The notes under the pieces: generated by a model
The model's input: only the letters and a program-made list of their open reading frames with translations
What the model was told of the DNA's origin: nothing
The model's database searches: none
Shown here: one piece after another, positions 40,506 through 49,169 of the stretch
How positions within the stretch are numbered: position 1 is the stretch's first letter
Layout of the letters: every line of letters starts with the position of its first letter
Position numbers and translations under genes: made by a program
Origin: Candidatus Poribacteria bacterium
Lineage (GTDB): Bacteria > Poribacteria > WGA-4E > PCPOR2b
Assembly: GCA_965116925.1 (NCBI GenBank)
Contig: OZ220744.1
Location: 448,001-512,000, forward strand
Reading direction: 5' to 3'
Length of the DNA stretch: 64,000 bases

Positions 40506-42731
40506 ATGTCTAATACAGACATCCATCAACTGTACGGTGAAGTATGTCTTGAGCCGCAGGCTGAGGTGGTGGCGGGTAGTTACGGGACATGGATGCTGAC
40601 CTATACCGTAGGCAAAAAGGGGGTAGCAACGGGTGGGCGGATAAGGATTTACACTGATTCGGATTCAGATCGGGCGACACCACAGATGGACGATCCAGCA
40701 GGCGCAGATTATCTGACGATAGAAGCACCACAAGCAGCGCGGATAGGTGTGCTAGTACAAAGTGTACTGTCGGTAATGTTGGTCGTGAATGGTCGAGCAC
40801 TTGAACCAGGTGAGCAGGTGGTTGTGACCTACGGAGATCGAAGTGAGGGTGGACCGGGGTTTCGATCACAGACGTTTCAGGAGGCACGACACTATTTCTG
40901 GGTAGATGTGGACAGTGCCGGCGATGGAAATATCGTGACGCTGCCGGAGCCGCCGTACTTGAATATCGTCGGTGGGGCAGCGGAAAAACTGGTAGTGACC
41001 TTACCATCAATGGTTCTCACAGAAGAAGCGTTCCAGATCCAGATCAGGGCAGAGGATGTATGGGGCAATCCCGCCGCGGCGTACCGGGGGACGGTAGCAA
41101 TCCATTCAGAGAATGTGAGGGTTCCGACGGAGCGATTAACGTTTGGTGAAGGGAATAAGGGGGTACAGTGGATTGAAGGGTGCACTGTTACGCAGACGGG
41201 CATTCACCGACTGACTGTGATCGATGAAAAAGCTGGGTTGACCGCCCAGAGTAATCCAATGTTGTGCCAAGAAACCAAGGCACCCTATAACCTCTACTGG
41301 GGCGATTCTCACGGCGGGCAGGTAGCAATGGCAGAGAAGATTTCAGATTTCTTTCAGTACGCCCGACATGTTGCCGCAATCCATTTCGCAGGCTATCAAC
41401 GGAACGATCATGTGCTGTCCAAGCGAGACTGGGTACTACAACAGGCAGCTGAACGGGATTACGATCAACCCGGACGGTTTGTGGCTCTGCCCGGTTACGA
41501 GTGGTCAGCCAATACGAGCCGGGGCGGGCATCATAATGTGTATTTCCGGCGACATGACCAACCCATTCGGCGCTCCGACCACGGAGGACTGGAAGACAAA
41601 TCGGACGCTGATACGGATCTGTATCACATCCAAGATGTCTACGAGGCCTTCAGGAATTCTGACACAGTGGTTACCGCTCACGTTGGTGGTGAACACTCGG
41701 ATTTGACCTACCATGATCCCGCATTGGAGCCAGCAGTGGAGGTAACGTCCGACCATGGGACGTTCGAGTGGATTTTGGAAGAGGTGCTTGAGCGGAATTA
41801 TAAAATGGGCTTTTTCGGCGGCAGCGACAGTCACAATGGCCGTCCGGGCAATGATACGCCGGGCTTTCAACACCGGCGTTATGCCAAAGCCGGGTTGGCA
41901 GCTGTATATGCGCCCGAATTGACGATTTCGGCTGTGCTTTCGGCGTATAAAGATAGACGCATTTACGCAACAACGGGAGCACGGATTTTGATGTACACCG
42001 AAGCGGCAGGCCACTTGATGGGAACAGAGTTCATCACATCGGACAAACCGCAGATTTCCGCCTTTATTGCTGGCACGGCACCATTTGAATCGGTAGAACT
42101 ATTTCGGGGACTAGAACGCATTTACAGCCACCCCGTGGATTGCGGTGTGGACAGCAACCGTGTACGTATCCTTTGGGAAGGTGCCAGTCGCAAAAGTAGT
42201 TATTCGGGGGTAATCTGGGAGGGAAAATTGCGAGTCGCTGGTCGTCGTGTTGCAAACGTAGATAAGATTCGGTTCGACAGCCCACGCTCCCGGGTGTTCG
42301 ACGTGGAAGATTGTGGGTTGCGCTGGTATTCGGTGACCTGTGGCTACCGTAGCGGGATAATCTTGGATTTGACCGGGGAAGATGATGGAGAATTGGAGGT
42401 GGCGGTAAATACTTCGGTGATCACGGGACCACTTTACGGGGAAAGCGGCATTAATCCCCCTCGGCGGATGTCCTACGCCCCGGCGGAGAAAGTAGGGCTC
42501 AATATCAATCTGACTGAACTGAAGAAAGGTCCTGTGACGATGGAAATCGGCGGGTTAAATCGGCGGGTGACGATATCATTGGCACCTAGGTTACAGAAGG
42601 CTGGCGAGGTTAAATTCTCATTTGCCGACCCATCGCCAAACCCCGGCGTCAATCCTTATTGGGTGCGGGTCGTCCAGACGGACATGGAGATGGCTTGGAG
42701 CAGTCCGATTTACGTGGACTATGTAGCATGA
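40506..42731 (+). CDS. DUF3604/PHP-like metallohydrolase
   Basis: LYWGDSHGG, PGYEWS..GGHHNV, VEVTSDHG, GGSDSH.GRPG, YATTGARI, AWSSPI; start could be 40428. Confidence 0.78.
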   Translation: MSNTDIHQLYGEVCLEPQAEVVAGSYGTWMLTYTVGKKGVATGGRIRIYTDSDSDRATPQMDDPAGADYLTIEAPQAARIGVLVQSVLSVMLVVNGRALEPGEQVVVTYGDRSEGGPGFRSQTFQEARHYFWVDVDSAGDGNIVTLPEPPYLNIVGGAAEKLVVTLPSMVLTEEAFQIQIRAEDVWGNPAAAYRGTVAIHSENVRVPTERLTFGEGNKGVQWIEGCTVTQTGIHRLTVIDEKAGLTAQSNPMLCQETKAPYNLYWGDSHGGQVAMAEKISDFFQYARHVAAIHFAGYQRNDHVLSKRDWVLQQAAERDYDQPGRFVALPGYEWSANTSRGGHHNVYFRRHDQPIRRSDHGGLEDKSDADTDLYHIQDVYEAFRNSDTVVTAHVGGEHSDLTYHDPALEPAVEVTSDHGTFEWILEEVLERNYKMGFFGGSDSHNGRPGNDTPGFQHRRYAKAGLAAVYAPELTISAVLSAYKDRRIYATTGARILMYTEAAGHLMGTEFITSDKPQISAFIAGTAPFESVELFRGLERIYSHPVDCGVDSNRVRILWEGASRKSSYSGVIWEGKLRVAGRRVANVDKIRFDSPRSRVFDVEDCGLRWYSVTCGYRSGIILDLTGEDDGELEVAVNTSVITGPLYGESGINPPRRMSYAPAEKVGLNINLTELKKGPVTMEIGGLNRRVTISLAPRLQKAGEVKFSFADPSPNPGVNPYWVRVVQTDMEMAWSSPIYVDYVA

Positions 42732-42793
42732 TAGCCAAAATAGGCACAGACAAAATATAGATCACCCATAATATTCACATCGAACAGGAGGCT

Positions 42794-43648
42794 GTGATGT
42801 TTATCAGTGCCCACATAACTGAATATAATCAGGACGGATACACCGTTTGCCCAAACTTCTTGACCTTAGACGAAGTTACCCAGTTACTCGCTGAAACTGA
42901 GAAGATTATCAACGGCAATACGCTCGCGAATCACGATAAAGATCGGATGGAAATGGAGCCAGATCAACCACCAAACGGGACAAAGGTGCGTCGCCTTTAT
43001 GAACCGTGCAGCTATTACCCGCTGTTCAGGACGTTATCTGAATCCGACAAACTGCTGGACGCTGTGGAGGGTTTGATAGGTCCAAATATCCTGTATCACT
43101 ACAGCAAACTTAATATGAAACCACCCGAAATCGGTTCAGTTGTGGAATGGCATCAGGACCTCTCCTACTATCCCCTGACAAATCGAGACTCGCTCGCTGT
43201 ACTGTTTTACCTCGATGATGCCGACGCAGAAAACGGCTGCCTACAGATGTTACCCGGCCGGCACGAAGGGGATCTGCTTGCTCATACGCGCGAAGGGTAC
43301 TTTCAGGGTAGAGCTACAGAAGTGGTTGATAGCTCAGAATCGGAGTTGGCTGCGGGCAAAGCCGGCACAGCAACCTTCATGCACTGCATGACTCCACACG
43401 CCTCAGTTACCAACCGCTCAAATCGTTCACGACGTACGCTGATTCTCAGTTACCGTGCCGCTGATGCTTTTCCCATCTACTATGGAGAGATGACGAGTCA
43501 TGTGGAAACGCATACACGGTTGGTCCGTGGACATCGGGCACAGATGGCGCGCTTTACGATGAAAGAATTCCCTGTCCCATACTACAAGGAGAGAAGTGCG
43601 TCACTTTATGAGTTACAGGAACGATCGCGGAAAGGAGAAATCAGATAG
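42794..43648 (+). CDS. PhyH-family Fe(II)/2-oxoglutarate dioxygenase
   Basis: WHQD, NGCL..PG.H, TPHAS..N.S..SRR. Confidence 0.9.
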   Translation: MMFISAHITEYNQDGYTVCPNFLTLDEVTQLLAETEKIINGNTLANHDKDRMEMEPDQPPNGTKVRRLYEPCSYYPLFRTLSESDKLLDAVEGLIGPNILYHYSKLNMKPPEIGSVVEWHQDLSYYPLTNRDSLAVLFYLDDADAENGCLQMLPGRHEGDLLAHTREGYFQGRATEVVDSSESELAAGKAGTATFMHCMTPHASVTNRSNRSRRTLILSYRAADAFPIYYGEMTSHVETHTRLVRGHRAQMARFTMKEFPVPYYKERSASLYELQERSRKGEIR

Positions 43649-43715
43649 CTGAGACGAGTTGCAGTGAAGTCGACCAATCACGCCCTCCTGTCAGGATTCT
43701 ATCTACGGAAAACAG

Positions 43716-44954
43716 ATGTCAATCCAACTCATCCGACAAGTCTTCAACGGTAACCGACCACCGCCGAGAATGTGGCACTCACATGAACTGAAAGAACAGT
43801 ACGATGTCGTTATTATCGGTGGTGGGGCACATGGACTTGCCTGTGCCTACTATCTCGCCGAAGAGCACGGCATTACCGATGTGGCAGTGCTAGAAAAAAG
43901 CTACATCGGTGCAGGCGGCAGCGGCCGTAACACCGCAATTATCCGCAGCAACTACCTAACCCCAGAGGGTGTACGCTTTTACGACGAAAGCGTTAAACTC
44001 TATGAACAACTGTCGGATGAACTCAATTTCAATGTGATGTTCAGCCAACGGGGGCACCTGACACTCGCCCATACCGATGGCGGGGTAAATACCATGCGGC
44101 GGCGGGCGGAGGTCAACCAGATTGAAGGCGTTGATTCGCGGCTGATTTGGCCTGACGAAATCAAAAGTCTCTGTCCCTATCTCGATGTAAGCGACCATCC
44201 TCGCTATCCCATTTTGGCGGCACTCTACCATCCGCCCGGCGGTATCATCCGCCACGATGCGGTTGTCTGGGGTTATGCCCATCAAGCGGACGCGCGGGGA
44301 GTCCACATTCATCAAAACACAGAAGTAACCGGGATCAAGGTCAAGCGCGGAAAAGTGACCGGTGTGGAAACAAGCCGTGGTCCCATCAAAACCGGGACAG
44401 TTCTCAACGCGACTGCCGGCTGGGCTTCGACAATCACGGCAATGGTGGGGGTTAATCTGCCGTTGACCACTATCCCCTTGCAAGCCTGTGTGACTGAACC
44501 CCTCAAGCCGTTCTTGGATGTAGTTGTTGTTTCCGGCAGCCTGCACGTCTATATCAGTCAAACTGATCGGGGGGAGTTAGTGATGGGGGCAAGCGTAGAT
44601 CCTTTTTCCTCCTATTCGATGGCGGGTTCCCTCACATTCCTTGAGGGTATCGCGGGGCACGTCCTTGAACTTTTCCCGTCTCTGAGTCATGTCCGTATCC
44701 TGCGCCAGTGGGCTGGTATTTGCGAAATGCCTCCTGACTACAGCCCAATCATGGGGTTCACACCTGTCAATGGATTTCTGATAGATGTTGGTTGGGGCAC
44801 TTATGGTTTCAAGGCGTCCCCCATCGCCGGCAAGACCTTGGCAGAGTTAATCGCCACAGGCAAGACTCCAACTCTCATCGCCCCTTTCCGATTATCCCGT
44901 TTTGAAGAAAATGATCTGGTCGGTGAGAAAGGGGCCGCAGCGGTGGGGCACTAA
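43716..44954 (+). CDS. soxB: Sarcosine oxidase beta subunit-like
   Basis: GGGAHG, GRNTAIIRSNY, RHDAVVWGYA, GWGTYGFKA. Confidence 0.88.
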   Translation: MSIQLIRQVFNGNRPPPRMWHSHELKEQYDVVIIGGGAHGLACAYYLAEEHGITDVAVLEKSYIGAGGSGRNTAIIRSNYLTPEGVRFYDESVKLYEQLSDELNFNVMFSQRGHLTLAHTDGGVNTMRRRAEVNQIEGVDSRLIWPDEIKSLCPYLDVSDHPRYPILAALYHPPGGIIRHDAVVWGYAHQADARGVHIHQNTEVTGIKVKRGKVTGVETSRGPIKTGTVLNATAGWASTITAMVGVNLPLTTIPLQACVTEPLKPFLDVVVVSGSLHVYISQTDRGELVMGASVDPFSSYSMAGSLTFLEGIAGHVLELFPSLSHVRILRQWAGICEMPPDYSPIMGFTPVNGFLIDVGWGTYGFKASPIAGKTLAELIATGKTPTLIAPFRLSRFEENDLVGEKGAAAVGH

Positions 44955-45025
44955 TAAGACACTTTTATTTTTAACGCAAGGTCGCAAAGAAAAAATATTA
45001 AAAAATCTTTGGCATGATGAAATTA

Positions 45026-45124
45026 TAGTGAATTCAAAAAATAAAGAAACACTTGCGCCCCCCCGGTAGGTGCGGTTTGTAACCGCACCGGTTTGGCGTG
45101 TCCCATTAATTCTAAAATCTACTA
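45026..45124. mobile_element. MITE-like element, family B
   Basis: TA|TAGTGAATTCAAAAAATAAAGAAACACTTGCGCCCCC...CATTAATTCTAAAATCTACTA|TA; second copy 56991-57093. Confidence 0.8.
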
Positions 45125-45206
45125 TAAAAGACTTGGCGCATGTTAAGAAATTGTGTAATAGGAACCGAGTTTTGAACAAAAAACTCGGTTTCTTATGGAG
45201 ATCAAT

Positions 45207-45473
45207 ATGTTACTTTTGACCTGTCCTAATTGTGGGGATCGAAATGTCAGCGAGTTCCGCTTTGGTGGAGAGCTCAGTTCGCGTCCCAAAGATCCTTCGG
45301 CCCTCAGCGATGCAGAATGGGCAAACTATCTGTACATGCGCAAGAATGTCCTGGAGGTGCAAACGGAGTGGTGGCATCATAACGCCGGATGCGGTCTATG
45401 GTTTCTAGCTGAACGGCACACACTGACCAATGAAGTGCTAAAGACTTACCCTTACGTGAAAAGGGAGGCGTGA
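45207..45473 (+). CDS. soxD: Sarcosine oxidase delta subunit-like
   Basis: CPNCG.R...EF, EWWHH..GC, RHT.TNE. Confidence 0.88.
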   Translation: MLLLTCPNCGDRNVSEFRFGGELSSRPKDPSALSDAEWANYLYMRKNVLEVQTEWWHHNAGCGLWFLAERHTLTNEVLKTYPYVKREA

Positions 45474-45533
45474 AACGTGATGAGATATATCCCCATTGCG
45501 TCGTTCCCATGAAGCATAATAACTGGAGAATTA

Positions 45534-48467
45534 ATGCGAACTGAACAAGATACACTAACAATTAACCCTAATCGACTTCAGCCGAAGCAAGGTGAGGTGA
45601 TCGATCGCTCTACCACGATTCAATTCACTTTTGATGGAGTGGAATATACCGCCCACCCCGGCGATACTGTTGCTTCAGCTCTGACGGCAGCGGGTGTTAA
45701 AGTCTTGAGTCGCTCGTTTAAGTATCATCGTCCGCGTGGGCTGCTATGTTGTTCTGGACACTGTCCCAACTGTCTGGTGCAGATTGGAGATGAACCAAAT
45801 GTTCGTGCTTGTACCAGACCTGTCGAAGCGGGGATGGAGGTCCGGGCACAGAATGTTTGGCCCTCGCTTAATCGCGATCTGCTTTCGCTGACTCAACTGG
45901 GATCGCGTTTTATGCCGGTTGGGTTTTATTATAAGTCCTTCATCCGTCCCCAAAAGCTGTGGCCCCTTTACGAGCATACCTTACGCCATGCCGCTGGTTT
46001 GGGCGAGGTTGATATTGATACGCCCCTAGGCGTGTTTGACAAGCAATATCTGCATACCGATGTTGTCGTGGTCGGTGGTGGACCGGCAGGCATTAGTGCG
46101 GCATTGAGTGCAGCCGAAGCCGGTGCACAGGTGTTGCTTTTCGACGCGAACCCAGCCCTCGGGGGGCATCTTCGCTTCACTATTCCTCTGGAATCTGCCT
46201 CAACTACACAAGCATCCAAAGATTTACCGGAGTTATTAGAAGCAGTTAATCGGCAACCGAATATCACGGTTTTTACCGATACGAGTGTTCTGGGTTGGTA
46301 TCAGGACAACTGGCTTTGTGCTGTGAAGGCAGCACGTCTTTTTAAGATACGGATGAAATCGGTGGTTGTGGCGACCGGTGCCTATGAAACGCCGCTTATT
46401 TTCGATAATAACGATCTGCCGGGCGTTATGTTGGGGAGTGCCGTGCAGCGTCTACTTCACCTTTTCGGTGTCCTGCCCGGCGGACAGGTTGTGATTGTAA
46501 CTGCCAACGAGGATGGTTGGGATGTAGCCGCCGACCTTCAGTCGTCGGGGGTAAATGTGGCAGCGATCGTGGACGAGCGTGAACCCAACGCTTGTTTCAG
46601 TCCATACCGGGAGGGACTGACGAACGCTGGTATCCCGGTATTTTATCGACACACCATCCTTGAGGCTCTTGGTTCAAATGCAGTAAGAGGCGCGAAGATT
46701 GTGCGTCTCGACGAACGAGGTGAAATTATCCTCGCGACAGCACAATCGTTGCAGTGCGATCTTATCGTGACGAGCATGGGTTGGACGCCTGCTACTGAAC
46801 TTGCTTATATGGTGGGTGGAAAATCAGCATACGATGAAGATCGAGCGGAAACAGTACCGGTGTCTACCCCACCGGGCATCTATGTGGTAGGACGAGCAGC
46901 GGGCACACACGCCGTTGATTCCCAGATTGCTGAAGCACAGCAGGCAGGATCGAGTGCGGCTGCTTTTACGGGGTTCGGCGAATTCGATGAATTAACAGTA
47001 CAATCGTCTAGTGTTTCGGGACCGCGCCGTACCTCTGATCGGGTGTGCGTACCCGGCAAAAAGAAGGGATTCGTGTGTTATTGCGAAGATGTCACCGACG
47101 AAGACGTGGAAACAGCGATTGCGGAAGGTTACAATAGCATAGAGCTGCTCAAACGATACAGTACCATCTCAATGGGACCTTGTCAGGGTGCGATGTGTTC
47201 GATGAACACCATCCATCTCTGTGCCCGTGCCAACGGTTGGACAGTGCAAGAGACCGGCACCACCACTGCGAGACCGCCCACTACGCCGGTGACACTAGGA
47301 GCTTTGGCGGGACAAAACATGGAGCCCGTACAGACGACTCCGATTCATCAATGGCACCTGGATCACGGCGCAGAGATGATGGTCGCGGGGCTTTGGCTCC
47401 GTCCAAACCACTACGGTGATCCAGCGGCAGAAGCAATATGTGTTCGCGAACGGGTTGGTCTCATCGACGTAAGTCCGTTGGGAAAATTGCAGCTTACCGG
47501 TCCTGGTGTGCCTGAGCTACTGGAACGCATCTATACCAACCAGTGGGACAACCTCCGTGTGGGACGGGTGCGCTACGGTGTGATGTGTAACGATGAAGGT
47601 GTTGTGCTGAATGATGGAGTCTGTGCACATCTGAACGACGAAACGTGGTATATGACCACCACATCTACCGGTGCAACAACGATTTTTGAATGGCTGCAAT
47701 GGTGGTTGCAATCGGGATGGGGCGAAGGTATTCACTTAACCGACCTGACGGATACTTATTCCGCTTTCAACTTGGCGGGCCCTCAATCACGAGGGGTGCT
47801 AGAGAAATTAACAGACCGAAACCTCGCCAACAAGCCCTTCCCTTACATGCGCATCCGTTCCGCCAAGATCGCAGGTGTATCGTGTCGATTACTTCGGATC
47901 GGTTTCACCGGTGAGCTCTCCTATGAAGTTCACTGTCCGTCCGGTTATGCGCTGCATGTCTGGGAAGCGTTGATGGACGCGGGAAAAGAGTTTGGCATTG
48001 CCCCATTTGGTGTGGAGGCACAGCGCATATTGCGATTGGAGAAGGGGCACATTATCGTTGGACAGGATACCGATGCGATGTCCGATCCACTCTCCGCCAA
48101 TATGGCGTGGGCGGTGAAATTGAACAAGCCCGATTTTCTGGGAAAACCTTCACTGATGCGAATCTCTGCTGAAGGACCGAAGCAGCTTCTGGTAGGCTTC
48201 AAGATGGTTGACCCCGATGTTGTTCCCGCTGAAGGGTTACAGATTGTTGAGTCCGAAGCGGATGGACAGTTGAAAATTGTTGGCTGGGTCACTTCTAGTC
48301 GATTCAGTCCGACTCTTGAGGAGTCAATCGGACTCTGTTGGCTGCCGCCAGATATAGCATCTCAGAACGGTGCCTCCTTCACGATTCGTATGGACGGGCA
48401 TCTAGCAGAGGCGCGTGTCCATCACAGTGCCTTTTACGACCCCGACGGAGAAAGGTTACGCATGTGA
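45534..48467 (+). CDS. soxA: Sarcosine oxidase alpha subunit-like with Fe-S ligand motifs
   Basis: SRSFKYHRPRG, GGGPAG, GcvT-like C-terminal half (DVSPLGK, GFTGELSYE, LRLEKG). Confidence 0.88.
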   Translation: MRTEQDTLTINPNRLQPKQGEVIDRSTTIQFTFDGVEYTAHPGDTVASALTAAGVKVLSRSFKYHRPRGLLCCSGHCPNCLVQIGDEPNVRACTRPVEAGMEVRAQNVWPSLNRDLLSLTQLGSRFMPVGFYYKSFIRPQKLWPLYEHTLRHAAGLGEVDIDTPLGVFDKQYLHTDVVVVGGGPAGISAALSAAEAGAQVLLFDANPALGGHLRFTIPLESASTTQASKDLPELLEAVNRQPNITVFTDTSVLGWYQDNWLCAVKAARLFKIRMKSVVVATGAYETPLIFDNNDLPGVMLGSAVQRLLHLFGVLPGGQVVIVTANEDGWDVAADLQSSGVNVAAIVDEREPNACFSPYREGLTNAGIPVFYRHTILEALGSNAVRGAKIVRLDERGEIILATAQSLQCDLIVTSMGWTPATELAYMVGGKSAYDEDRAETVPVSTPPGIYVVGRAAGTHAVDSQIAEAQQAGSSAAAFTGFGEFDELTVQSSSVSGPRRTSDRVCVPGKKKGFVCYCEDVTDEDVETAIAEGYNSIELLKRYSTISMGPCQGAMCSMNTIHLCARANGWTVQETGTTTARPPTTPVTLGALAGQNMEPVQTTPIHQWHLDHGAEMMVAGLWLRPNHYGDPAAEAICVRERVGLIDVSPLGKLQLTGPGVPELLERIYTNQWDNLRVGRVRYGVMCNDEGVVLNDGVCAHLNDETWYMTTTSTGATTIFEWLQWWLQSGWGEGIHLTDLTDTYSAFNLAGPQSRGVLEKLTDRNLANKPFPYMRIRSAKIAGVSCRLLRIGFTGELSYEVHCPSGYALHVWEALMDAGKEFGIAPFGVEAQRILRLEKGHIIVGQDTDAMSDPLSANMAWAVKLNKPDFLGKPSLMRISAEGPKQLLVGFKMVDPDVVPAEGLQIVESEADGQLKIVGWVTSSRFSPTLEESIGLCWLPPDIASQNGASFTIRMDGHLAEARVHHSAFYDPDGERLRM

Positions 48468-49150
48468 GCACCTCCAAAAACCCCATCAAGTTGACCCCTT
48501 TACACTCCATCGCCCAGCACTTGGGCGCGACGTTCACCGAACAGCGCGGTTGGCGTATTCCAGAGGTTTATACGACATCGGAGGCGGAAATTGCCGCCGC
48601 CCAAGGGAGCCTTGCCCTTGCTGATGAAACGCCGAATGGGAAACTGCTGCTTGAAGGAGATCAAGCCGAATCTGTATTGATGGATACTTTCGATTTAGAC
48701 TCCCTCAAAATCAACGAAGGATGCGATGGAATCTATCGCTTGCGAAATGACGTTTTTTTTATCAGTACGCCGCCCGGCAGAGAGGTTCGCACCCAGAGAA
48801 AGTTGACGACCACATTAAAAGCATCTGAACAGTTTGTCACAGTCACCGACATAACGCACGGACGAGCGGAGATCCGGGTGATTGGTCCTGATAGTCAGGA
48901 GCTTTTGAGTAAGGTGTGTGGATTGGATTTCCATCCTTCGGTGTTTCCAAATGAAACGGCGAAACAGAGCAGTCTCGCTAAGACAACACAGCTGATTATT
49001 CGCTGCGACATCGATGAATTAATGGCATTTTCCATTATCGGCACCCAGTCGTTGGGTCCCTATGTTTGGAATACTATGATGGAGGCGGGCAGAGAATTTG
49101 GAGTTGTCCCGATTGGCACGGCAGCGTTAGCTGCGCTGGCAGAGAAGTAA
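48464..49150 (+). CDS. soxG: Sarcosine oxidase gamma/GcvT-like subunit
   Basis: GTG overlaps soxA stop; TDITHG...GP...LLSKVC.LDF. Confidence 0.75.
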   Translation: MSTSKNPIKLTPLHSIAQHLGATFTEQRGWRIPEVYTTSEAEIAAAQGSLALADETPNGKLLLEGDQAESVLMDTFDLDSLKINEGCDGIYRLRNDVFFISTPPGREVRTQRKLTTTLKASEQFVTVTDITHGRAEIRVIGPDSQELLSKVCGLDFHPSVFPNETAKQSSLAKTTQLIIRCDIDELMAFSIIGTQSLGPYVWNTMMEAGREFGVVPIGTAALAALAEK

Positions 49151-49169
49151 ACAGGGAGGGAGACCGCCT

